Source: a virus
Lineage: Duplodnaviria; Heunggongvirae; Uroviricota; Caudoviricetes
IMG/VR virus record: IMGVR_UViG_2778261673_000008
Coordinates: 1-43,490 of that record
Direction: 5' to 3' (one strand)
DNA: 43,490 nucleotides
Shown: piece after piece, positions 26,540-34,658 of the stretch
How positions within the stretch are numbered: position 1 is the first letter of the stretch
Layout: every line of letters begins with the position of its first letter
Made by a program: the position numbers and the translations under genes
Notes under the pieces: generated by a model
Told to the model about the DNA's origin: nothing
The model's database searches: none
Seen by the model: the letters and a program-made list of their open reading frames with translations, nothing else

Positions 26540-28338
26540 GTTACTTTGGCCTTAATCCAGTAAACCAGAATCAGCAACTTGACGAAGCAGCATCAAATCC
26601 AGCGGGCTTTAACAGCGATGTTGGTTTTTTCGACAATGCTGTAGGAGCGGCATTGTCTGGTTTGTACTCCGGGCTGGTGGCAAAGCCAGATCAGTTGCTA
26701 TGGGCAGGGATGGATAAAATCGTATCCCCGATTGCTCAGTTTATTAACGAAAACACCTCGCTCAATGATACTTCAGTTTCATACATTGCCGAGCAGAGAA
26801 AACTAGCAGAGCAGCAGGTTAAGCGGCTGACGCCTGATGCCGCGACAACCGGAACCGCCGGGCAGGTTCTTTATGGGTTGTTCGATATGGGCGGGCAGGC
26901 TGTTGTCGGTACAACGCTCGGTGGTCCTGTCGGAGGTGCAGCGGCGGTAACTTCGCTACAGGGTTTTTCTGAGTTTGAACGGCTGACAGCACAGGGTGTT
27001 GATTTCAGGACGGCGCAGGAAGCGGGATTAGTGCAGGGCATTACTGCTGGTGCCGGAACACTGATCCCTATGAGCCTCGGGTTACGTGCTGGTGGTGCGC
27101 TGGCGGAAGGTGTGGCGGCTCAGCTTGCGCGGACGGGTGAGAGTTCAGTGCGACGCGCCGCAGCAACAGCAGTACGTGCAACGCCAGATATTGCCTATGC
27201 CGCAGGTACAAATATTGCGTTCGGTATGGCACAGCGTGGGCTTACTGCAAAAACGCTTCGTGATGGTGGCTATAGCGAAATGGCTAACCAGTATGATGTG
27301 TTGGATCGACAGGCAATTGCTATTGATGCTGTTCTTGGGGTGGCGTTTGGTGGTGTCGGCAGATTTATTAACTCTCGCGGCGAGTCTACAAGCGCACCAA
27401 ATTTTTCACCAGTTGATATCGATGCTGCACTGGCGGCGAATGCCGCTCATCATGCTGAAATTGATATTGCTCCCGGCGTGCCGATCAACGTGCTTTCGCG
27501 TAATTCGCACATTCAGGCTCTGCGAAAAGCCATGTCTGATGTTAGCCAGGGGAGACCTGTAGACGTTGCCAGCATTGTTGAGTCTGCATCTTTCAGTGAA
27601 ATTCCTGGGCGCAAGAGTCTGCTGTCTCAGGCAGTTAATGAGGCTCTGTCATCTGTAGATGATGGAGTAACGGCGCGCGCTATAGAAAATCGGTTGCTTG
27701 AAGAACGGGCCGCGCAGCTTTTGCCGCGTGGCGATAGACAGGTTTACCAGTCTGAAATCGCTAATAACCAACGAATTATTGAAAATCTCACTGAACAGCG
27801 CGCACAAATTCTTGCAGAAGAGCCAACCGGTAGCGGTAAGGCTTTATCTCGTGCTCGATCAGATAAACAGGCCAGACTTCGCGATATTGACCAACGAATC
27901 CGGCAGGCACAAGAACGCCTGGAATTTTCTCGTAACGCGTTGGCACCGCATGAGCCTGGCGGTCAGTTTTTTGAAGCTCGAGCAGAACTGGCACGGCGAC
28001 TGCAGGTAGAAAGTGAACTTAATGCTCAGGCTGTTTCATTCTATAAAACAGCAGAGGTCAGGACGCCAGACGAAGTAGCTCCTTTTGAGCCTGATAAAAT
28101 ATTGCAACAGGCAGAACAAAAAATGATGGCGGATCAGGCAGGAGATATTGATCTGCGCATAGCTGAAGACTCGCTGCTTGAATCACCTGACATGATAATC
28201 ACCGTGCTGGATGATGATGGTAATCCACAATCGCGCAGCGCGCGTGAAGTACTGGATGAAGCGAACAGGGAAAGTGAGCAGGCAATACAGGACTCCAGCC
28301 TGTTTGATGTCGCTGTGGCGTGTTTCTTGAGAGGTTAA
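26536..28338 (+). CDS. Internal virion / ejection protein (600 aa)
   Basis: Gly/Ala-rich N-terminal half, charged coiled-coil C-terminal half. Confidence 0.5.
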   Translation: MSYFGLNPVNQNQQLDEAASNPAGFNSDVGFFDNAVGAALSGLYSGLVAKPDQLLWAGMDKIVSPIAQFINENTSLNDTSVSYIAEQRKLAEQQVKRLTPDAATTGTAGQVLYGLFDMGGQAVVGTTLGGPVGGAAAVTSLQGFSEFERLTAQGVDFRTAQEAGLVQGITAGAGTLIPMSLGLRAGGALAEGVAAQLARTGESSVRRAAATAVRATPDIAYAAGTNIAFGMAQRGLTAKTLRDGGYSEMANQYDVLDRQAIAIDAVLGVAFGGVGRFINSRGESTSAPNFSPVDIDAALAANAAHHAEIDIAPGVPINVLSRNSHIQALRKAMSDVSQGRPVDVASIVESASFSEIPGRKSLLSQAVNEALSSVDDGVTARAIENRLLEERAAQLLPRGDRQVYQSEIANNQRIIENLTEQRAQILAEEPTGSGKALSRARSDKQARLRDIDQRIRQAQERLEFSRNALAPHEPGGQFFEARAELARRLQVESELNAQAVSFYKTAEVRTPDEVAPFEPDKILQQAEQKMMADQAGDIDLRIAEDSLLESPDMIITVLDDDGNPQSRSAREVLDEANRESEQAIQDSSLFDVAVACFLRG

Positions 28339-28343
28339 ATTAA

Positions 28344-30818
28344 ATGAGACAGGAATGTATACAAGCGGTCCAGCAGGCGGCGCAGCGCACGTTAACGGCG
28401 CGAGAAATACAGAACATTGAAGACCGCATTTATCGAAATATGCGCTCCATTGCTCGTGATGACCCGATGTCGTGGAGACAACTTTCCGAATCAGAGCGAC
28501 TATATCGTGCAGCACAATTGGCCTCTGAAGAATTACAGCGAGAAGCGGCATTAAAGAAACGTCGTGTGGCCCTCACTATAGCCGCACGTCAGAGATTGGA
28601 TAAATTTATCAATAGCTATCAAGGGGCTGATGGGAAACTTGGCGCTCTTAACCGTACTATTGCTTTTAATGCAGACGGTAAATCGAATTTCCTCTCTGTT
28701 GAGTCCAGAACAAAAGCTACTCGTGATTATGCATTGAGTCAATTGCAAGAGGCATTTGAAGCAGTTGATCCTCGCTTTTTTGGCCTGTTTGAAGATGAAG
28801 CTGGCGTGCGTGACCTGGTATATGAAATGCGAGGGCAAAATACTGGCAATGCTAAAGCAAGAAAAGGTGCTAAGGCGTGGAGAGAAGTGACAGATCTACT
28901 GCGCCGCCGGTTTAATGATGCTGGTGGGGACATTGGCTATCTCGAAAACTGGGGGATCCCTCAACATCATTCTATGGAAAAGGTTGGGGCGGTATCAAAG
29001 GATAAGTGGGTTAGCGATGTTATAGGTAAGCTGGATCGCAAATATTATATCCGAGCCGATGGACAACTGATGAACGATGCCGAGTTGTCTGCATTTCTTG
29101 GAGAGGCTTATAACACGATCGCTACTGGTGGGCTGAATAAGCTTACTGATACCGGAATGCGAATTTCCGGCGCACGTGCTAACCGTGGTAATGCATCACG
29201 ACAGATACATTTCAAAGATGCAGATTCCTATCTGCAATATCAGCAACTTTATGGCGATCGCTCTCTATGGGAAATCATGGTCGGTCACCTGGAAGGTATC
29301 AGTAAAGATATTGCACTGGTGGAAACATATGGCCCAAACCCCGATCATGTTTTCCGCTCTCTTCTTGATCAGGTGAAGGCAGAAACGGCAACAGCTAACC
29401 CGAGTAAAACCGGTAAAGTCGAGCGGCTGGCGAACAACACAGAGAATCTGTACAACTTTATTTCCGGAAAGACACAGCCTGTAGCGAATCCGCACATCGC
29501 GCGATGGTCTGACAATATCCGCAACTGGCTGGTTGCCAGCAGACTCGGATCCGCGTTGCTATCATCGTTCTCTGATCTTGGAACCATGTATCTGTCTGCG
29601 AAGGTGACCAACCTTCCAATGAACCAGTTATTCCGCAACCAGCTTGAAGCTATGGACCCAACGAACCGTACAGAACTTGCGCGGGCGCGCCGCGCTGGTC
29701 TGGCGATGGAATCTCTACTTGGCAGCGTTAACCGCTGGGCGATGGATAATATGGGGCCGTCAGTGTCTCGTTGGGCGGCAACGGCGGTAATGCGTGCCAG
29801 TGGGCTTACAGCATGGTCAGATGCGCACAAGCGCGCCTATGGCGTAACCATGATGGGAAGCCTGGGAGAAGTAGTGTCACGGACACCAGACCTTCGTAGC
29901 CTCGATGACTCTGATTTTCGTATCCTGAAAAGCAAAGGGATTACTGACACAGACTGGAGCGTATGGAAGCTGGCGCAACAGGAGGACTGGGGGAACGGTA
30001 ATAATACGATGCTGACACCGGAAAGCATTATGCGTATCCCTGATTCAGCAGTTAAACATCTTGGTGAGCCTGAGCGCGTGAAATTTGAGGCAATGCGTAA
30101 ATTGCTCGGTGCCGTAACTGAAGAAGTTGATATGGCTGTTATTACACCGGGAGCTCGTGAGCAACTGATAACCGGTTCTGGTATTCAGCGTGGAACATGG
30201 AAAGGTGAATTAACGAGAAGTGTTTTCCTGTTTAAATCGTTCCCTATCTCGGTTGTTATGCGTCACTGGTCACGCGCTATGGGTATGCCGTCTGCTGGTG
30301 GGCGTGCGGCATATATTGCGACGTTTATTGCCAGTACGACCATTCTTGGCGCTTTGTCGCAGCAACTTAACGACCTTGCGTCTGGTCGTAATCCTCGAGA
30401 GATGACAGGAGAAGATGCCGCAAAATTCTGGCTTGGTGCTCTACTGAAAGGTGGTGGTCTTGGCCTTTACGGTGACTTTTTATTGTCAGATCACACCAGG
30501 TACGGAAGCGGCGCGCTGGCGTCGATGCTTGGCCCGGTAGCTGGTCTGGTTGATGACGTAGTGAAGATTGCTCAGGGCATACCGTTAAATGCTGTGGAAG
30601 GGAAGAGTGAGCAGACTGGTGGTGATCTGGTTAAGCTGGGGAAAGGTTTGATGCCTGGTGCGAATCTCTGGTACTTGAAGGTGGCTCTCGATCACATGAT
30701 CTTTAACCAGATGCAGGAGTATTTTTCACCAGGCTATTTGCGTAAAATGGAGCAACGTTCGAAGAAAGAGTTTAACCAGACATACTGGTGGAGACCTCAG
30801 GATGTCACTCCGCAATAA
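28344..30818 (+). CDS. Internal virion / ejection protein (824 aa, gp16-like position)
   Basis: Large protein with hydrophobic segments in the C-terminal third; last large gene before the cargo island. Confidence 0.5.
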   Translation: MRQECIQAVQQAAQRTLTAREIQNIEDRIYRNMRSIARDDPMSWRQLSESERLYRAAQLASEELQREAALKKRRVALTIAARQRLDKFINSYQGADGKLGALNRTIAFNADGKSNFLSVESRTKATRDYALSQLQEAFEAVDPRFFGLFEDEAGVRDLVYEMRGQNTGNAKARKGAKAWREVTDLLRRRFNDAGGDIGYLENWGIPQHHSMEKVGAVSKDKWVSDVIGKLDRKYYIRADGQLMNDAELSAFLGEAYNTIATGGLNKLTDTGMRISGARANRGNASRQIHFKDADSYLQYQQLYGDRSLWEIMVGHLEGISKDIALVETYGPNPDHVFRSLLDQVKAETATANPSKTGKVERLANNTENLYNFISGKTQPVANPHIARWSDNIRNWLVASRLGSALLSSFSDLGTMYLSAKVTNLPMNQLFRNQLEAMDPTNRTELARARRAGLAMESLLGSVNRWAMDNMGPSVSRWAATAVMRASGLTAWSDAHKRAYGVTMMGSLGEVVSRTPDLRSLDDSDFRILKSKGITDTDWSVWKLAQQEDWGNGNNTMLTPESIMRIPDSAVKHLGEPERVKFEAMRKLLGAVTEEVDMAVITPGAREQLITGSGIQRGTWKGELTRSVFLFKSFPISVVMRHWSRAMGMPSAGGRAAYIATFIASTTILGALSQQLNDLASGRNPREMTGEDAAKFWLGALLKGGGLGLYGDFLLSDHTRYGSGALASMLGPVAGLVDDVVKIAQGIPLNAVEGKSEQTGGDLVKLGKGLMPGANLWYLKVALDHMIFNQMQEYFSPGYLRKMEQRSKKEFNQTYWWRPQDVTPQ

Positions 30819-30827
30819 GGAAGTGTT

Positions 30828-31007
30828 GTGTTTTTAATTATTTTGAGTGTGATAATTTCTGGTGGATTGTTATTTATTGACCGCTACAAATATTTTCTTA
30901 ACCCTCAGACTCAAGCTATTTGCTGGTTCATCTTTGTTGTGCAGGGAGTAGTTCTTTTTGCAAGCCTTATTGAGGGGAGGCCTCTTATTTTTATTGGGTA
31001 AATAGGT
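30828..31007 (+). CDS. Small hydrophobic protein (59 aa), not in ORF track
   Basis: GTG start 4 nt after AAGGAAG; translation MFLIILSVIISGGLLFIDRYKYFLNPQTQAICWFIFVVQGVVLFASLIEGRPLIFIG; AT-rich. Confidence 0.25.
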
Positions 31008-31013
31008 GACTAC

Positions 31014-31310
31014 ATGCAAGCTATAGGATTCATTGTTTATATCGTCGTTGGTCTTTTTCAGTTGGCAGCAATTATGGCTGGGCTTGAATCATGGTGGGGA
31101 TTGCACTGGATAATTGCAGCCCCCATTGCTTTCATCGTGAGCTATATTCCATTTGTTGGAGCGATTGTTGGTATGGTTGGCGCTGTGGATGTATGGCGGT
31201 GGGAGTGGTGGCAGGCTGGCCTTCTATTCTTTGGTGGGATAATCTTTGCTATTGTCTGCGGTGGAATGTCATCATTTTTCGAATGGCTATCATTCAGAAA
31301 AGGGACGTGA
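31014..31310 (+). CDS. Small integral membrane protein (98 aa, about 3 TM helices)
   Basis: Hydrophobic throughout with W-rich loops; stop codon lies inside the palindrome CGTGACATGTCACG. Confidence 0.5.
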   Translation: MQAIGFIVYIVVGLFQLAAIMAGLESWWGLHWIIAAPIAFIVSYIPFVGAIVGMVGAVDVWRWEWWQAGLLFFGGIIFAIVCGGMSSFFEWLSFRKGT

Positions 31311-31341
31311 CATGTCACGGGCCGCTTTCGCGCCCTTGTTT

Positions 31342-31503
31342 TTAACGAATGCCACCGCCGCCCGGGCGGGAATCCGCAGAACGCCCACCGCAGCGGGAGC
31401 CGTCAGCGGCAGTATCGCTGTCGTGCTGACAACGGCCGGCAAAGGCCTGAGTTGAAGCTACCAGAGACAACAAAACGAACAGTGCAGCAAATGCTTTTTT
31501 CAT
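31342..31503 (-). CDS. Possible small secreted peptide (53 aa)
   Basis: MKKAFAALFVLLSLVASTQAFA signal-peptide-like N-terminus; upstream TTGACG-N16-TATAGA promoter-like sequence; a competing plus-strand ORF exists. Confidence 0.25.
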   Translation of the reverse strand: MKKAFAALFVLLSLVASTQAFAGRCQHDSDTAADGSRCGGRSADSRPGGGGIR

Positions 31504-31573
31504 TGTGAAATTTCCATCTATAAGCCACCTCAATGTGGCGTCAATGAGTGTAGCACTGACTTTTGTTTCGTCC

Positions 31574-31599
31574 ACAAAAAAAGCCCGCAGCGCGGGCTT
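31574..31599 (-). terminator. Rho-independent terminator of the 31598-32137 gene
   Basis: AAGCCCGC-AGC-GCGGGCTT hairpin with 7-nt T-run on the minus strand, overlapping the stop codon. Confidence 0.75.
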
Positions 31600-32137
31600 A
31601 CCAAAACTTGTACCACGGTGATTTATCCTTCAATGGACAATCCTTCCATCGTGTGGCCAACCATTCATATTCTTTAAAATATGTGTTTATGTTTTCTTTT
31701 TCTCTAATGGCTTGTATAAGAGGTAGCGCAATCTGATAGTTATTTACAACGGAGCTGTAAAATACTTCCTTAATCATGGTCTCATCATAAGTTTTCCGCT
31801 TCACGCTCACAGCCATGCGTTCGTAGAAACCTAGACAGTAAATTATTTCTCTCTTCTCTGTCTTTTCTTCATCCGTAAGATCAGCCTGCCCATTGCTTGG
31901 ATACATATAAGAGCGGAATGATTTGTTCGATTCGTGAATGCGGCGCATAGTAGATAGGCCTTTCTTATAATCTACATCAAACCTGCTTTCACCAAGGAAT
32001 ACTGAAGTGTGTACTTTTCTCGCTGTATTTACATTATAAATAATAGTAGCGATAGCTATGAACAAGCCAAGCGAAACCGCGACTGCACTTACTATTTGAG
32101 CCACGGCCATGGCAAATTGCATTTCTTCACTTAACAC
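31598..32137 (-). CDS. AT-rich membrane-anchored protein of unknown function
   Basis: Single N-terminal TM helix then a 150-aa domain rich in Y/K/E; very low GC relative to neighbours; own terminator. Start GTG 32137 or ATG 32122. Confidence 0.5.
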   Translation of the reverse strand: MLSEEMQFAMAVAQIVSAVAVSLGLFIAIATIIYNVNTARKVHTSVFLGESRFDVDYKKGLSTMRRIHESNKSFRSYMYPSNGQADLTDEEKTEKREIIYCLGFYERMAVSVKRKTYDETMIKEVFYSSVVNNYQIALPLIQAIREKENINTYFKEYEWLATRWKDCPLKDKSPWYKFW

Positions 32138-32264
32138 AAACTGTCTCCAGACATGAAAACGGGGCCTAATGGCCCCGTCATTAAACTATCCGAATGTTAA
32201 ACGCCTTCGTACTCGTCAAATTTTCTCATGTGGGCTCCTCCTGTATCGGTGCCTAATCGCTATG

Positions 32265-32281
32265 GATCACCCGTGAGGTAA
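32265..32281. promoter_or_regulatory. Operator-like palindrome ATCACC-N5-GGTAAT
   Basis: ATCACC CGTGA GGTAAT between the Bro gene 3' end and the 32137 gene start. Confidence 0.35.
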
Positions 32282-32346
32282 TAGTAAGCTATTCACCTGC
32301 AATCTGTACAGAATTATTTAAAGGCACATCCCTGTGCCGCCGTCCG

Positions 32347-33057
32347 TCAGAAGAACCCTGCTTTGTCGTTGATATACTCCGCGTGGGTCTGGATATCACG
32401 CAGGCATTTGCTCACACCGACAATGTAGCAGAACATGGTGGTCAGCTCCGCCGCCGCGCCCGATACATCATGCCCGTCGTCCTGCAACTGATTCAGCAGA
32501 TTCATCAGCAATGAGTTCTCCGTCAGGCCGAGAACACCAGACGGCGAATGAATCAGACTGCGGTAGCCGGGCTTCAGTGGGGCACTGTAGGTTTTGTTCT
32601 CTATCTTCATTGCCTGCATCACTGCTGACGCCGTGGCGTTGGCTACCTGGTCGGCAACCATCTTTATGCGTTCTTCCTGCGGGAACGAGTTTTTAATGTA
32701 GCTTCCTGTTCGACGGATCTGAGGAAGTACCTCACCTGTAACCCATTTACGAAAGCGGTAGGGGATAGTGCCTAGTGTCACTGCGTCGCGGCAGCGGAGG
32801 ATCAGTGTGTAGAGGCCTGACTCGGAGATGATGTTGATCTCTTTTACTCGGCTGTCAAAAATTGCACGATGTTCATGCCCTATGTTGAACATAGACCTTT
32901 CATCATCATCCAGTTTTTCAAGTGCTTGGGTGACGTTTTGGATACGCAGCGCACTACAAACGTCTTGGGCTACAAACCATGGTTGGCCATCGATAATGAT
33001 GGAACGGATAGGGTTAACAGATTCAAATTTGAAGATGGCAGTTTGAGCATTAGCCAT
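32347..33057 (-). CDS. Bro-N domain antirepressor-like protein
   Basis: Start taken at MANAQTAIFKFE (GGAG RBS); N-terminal IFKFESVNPIRSIIIDGQPWFVAQDVCSAL is a Bro-N signature; C-terminal domain is paralogous to ORF 34206-34463. Confidence 0.7.
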   Translation of the reverse strand: MANAQTAIFKFESVNPIRSIIIDGQPWFVAQDVCSALRIQNVTQALEKLDDDERSMFNIGHEHRAIFDSRVKEINIISESGLYTLILRCRDAVTLGTIPYRFRKWVTGEVLPQIRRTGSYIKNSFPQEERIKMVADQVANATASAVMQAMKIENKTYSAPLKPGYRSLIHSPSGVLGLTENSLLMNLLNQLQDDGHDVSGAAAELTTMFCYIVGVSKCLRDIQTHAEYINDKAGFF

Positions 33058-33325
33058 GGTGGTTATCTCCACTTAGTGATTTTAATCACCACCGCAACGC
33101 CAATTACTGGTGGTGAACTGGACAAGGTTGGCGTACCGGCCTAAGTGGTACCGGTGTCCTTTCGGACCCCTGCCCAGCCCACCATAATTCGGATATAGCT
33201 GTGCTTAACGCATAAAAAAACCACGTCTGGCGTGGTATGCGCCACTTAGTAACCCGGGACGCCAATCCCGGCACTGGATTTTGCCAGTGCCCGATTACTA
33301 TGGCACAAGAGGAGTGCGATGTAAA

Positions 33326-33435
33326 TTTACCGAAAAGGTAATGATAAGCGCGAATAAATATCAAAATCAACCGTATTTGGTTGATGGAGTTTAATGCTTG
33401 ATCACCTGAAAGCAAGATATTACCTTTAAGGTAAT
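33326..33435. promoter_or_regulatory. Two operator palindromes in the divergent region between Bro and the 33455 gene
   Basis: TTTACC GAAAA GGTAAT (33326-33342) and ATTACC TTTAA GGTAAT (33419-33435, 20 nt before the ATG). Confidence 0.5.
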
Positions 33436-33454
33436 GTTATTGTGAGGAAAAGCA

Positions 33455-34183
33455 ATGGAAGTTTTCTGGATAGTTGTTGGTGTGGTTGCGGTGATTATTT
33501 ACGTTATCAACCAGAACAAGACTAAGATCTCTGATCGTACGGTCGTAAATCATAACAAAACGATAAAGACCGAAGATGGGGAGATAACGATTAATCGTAC
33601 ACAGGTGATAGAACACACCTCTACTCAGTTTCAAAAAACTGGAGGTAATGCGCCTAATATTTCCGCACCTCCTGCTTATGATAGTGCGGTAATCCAGACA
33701 TATTATAAACAGCAGGAGTTAGCAAAAGAGAGGCAACTGATTCAGCCAAAGCCATTTACAGCAGAGCTTCCACCTGGAGTGTCAACGCGTCCGGCATATC
33801 ATGGAAGATTCCCTGGTGATGACACATCGTCTCAGTCATCTAAAAAAGCACCTCAGGCAGTATCAGAGCCAGCAAGAATACCTTCTGTATCGCCGCCAAA
33901 AGAAGAATCAGCTAACAGAGTTTCAAGTGGTAGCAAGCAGTGCTTGCGATGCAGAATAAACCTTCCATATGAAAAATTCAGGAAATCGTCAAAAAATCCA
34001 GATGGATTGACTAAGTGGTGTGCAAGGTGTCTCGATGGCCCAAAGAATACACGCCATATGAAGTGGTGCCCAATTTGTAATGTCCGCAGAAAACGAACCA
34101 GCTTTTACCCTAATAATCAAAATGCGGATGGTTTAATGGCATGGTGCAAAACGTGCTGGGATGAGCACAAAGCGAAACGATAG
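33455..34183 (+). CDS. Membrane-anchored protein with C-terminal tandem zinc-ribbon-like motifs
   Basis: N-terminal TM helix (VFWIVVGVVAVIIYVI), Pro/Ser-rich linker, two repeats of C-x2-C...DGL..WC-x2-C (CLRCRIN...DGLTKWCARC and CPICNV...DGLMAWCKTC). Confidence 0.5.
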   Translation: MEVFWIVVGVVAVIIYVINQNKTKISDRTVVNHNKTIKTEDGEITINRTQVIEHTSTQFQKTGGNAPNISAPPAYDSAVIQTYYKQQELAKERQLIQPKPFTAELPPGVSTRPAYHGRFPGDDTSSQSSKKAPQAVSEPARIPSVSPPKEESANRVSSGSKQCLRCRINLPYEKFRKSSKNPDGLTKWCARCLDGPKNTRHMKWCPICNVRRKRTSFYPNNQNADGLMAWCKTCWDEHKAKR

Positions 34184-34208
34184 GCCGCTCTTGCGGCCTT
34201 TAAATTTA
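34182..34208 (+). terminator. Terminator hairpin between convergent genes
   Basis: AGGCCGC-TCTT-GCGGCCT followed by TTTAAATTT. Confidence 0.55.
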
Positions 34209-34463
34209 CCGGGTTTGTTTTCGTAATTGTTCGGCACAATAGTCGAGATGTGTTTGCAGATCCCGCATAGACATCTGTGAGCTGGTGACGTAGTTAATCA
34301 GTGCAGTCAGTTCGGCAAGTGGGCCATCGACATTAAATCCATCCTTATCGAGATCCCGGAGTAATTTCATCAAGTGCGATCCCTCCACCAGTGACCTGAC
34401 GCCTCCCGGCGTGTGAATCCTTTCGGTAAATCCCTCTTCCAGTGGATAGTGATACTGCTGCAT
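34206..34463 (-). CDS. Small protein paralogous to the Bro C-terminal domain; candidate SOS-controlled antirepressor
   Basis: Start taken at MQQYHYPLEEGF (GGAG RBS); aligns with the Bro C-terminus (HTPGGVRSLVEGSHLMKLLRDLDKDGFNVDGPLAELT versus HSPSGVLGLTENSLLMNLLNQLQDDGHDVSGAAAELT); LexA box 22 bp upstream. Confidence 0.5.
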   Translation of the reverse strand: MQQYHYPLEEGFTERIHTPGGVRSLVEGSHLMKLLRDLDKDGFNVDGPLAELTALINYVTSSQMSMRDLQTHLDYCAEQLRKQTR

Positions 34464-34484
34464 CTTATCTTCTCCATGCAATAA

Positions 34485-34500
34485 CTGTATATTTATACAG
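34485..34500. promoter_or_regulatory. LexA (SOS) box
   Basis: AACTGTATATTTATACAGTAT matches CTGT-N8-ACAG and the TACTGTATATATATACAGTA consensus; lies in the promoter region of the 34206-34463 gene. Confidence 0.7.
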
Positions 34501-34548
34501 TATCAAATAATTTATTTGCTATCCAGCACGTTTTGAAAATTACCTGAA

Positions 34549-34565
34549 AGGTAATATCTGTTCGA
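34549..34565. promoter_or_regulatory. Operator palindrome ATTACC TGAAA GGTAAT upstream of the tailspike gene
   Basis: Identical to the site at 14734-14750; followed by CATATGTGGTT (34594-34604) and GGTAATAAAAT (34610-34620). Confidence 0.5.
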
Positions 34566-34658
34566 ATTCACAGTCTATCTATCCATATGTGGTTTTTCAG
34601 GTAATAAAATAACCGGATATGCGGCGCAACGGGTGCTGCGACTATCTGGAGATTTAAC

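Noticed and set aside
31246-31455. 69-aa plus-strand ORF in the GC-rich patch after the membrane-protein gene
   Set aside because: No RBS, Ala/Gly-rich low-complexity translation; the opposite-strand ORF with a signal-peptide-like N-terminus is marginally more plausible, and neither is strongly supported.
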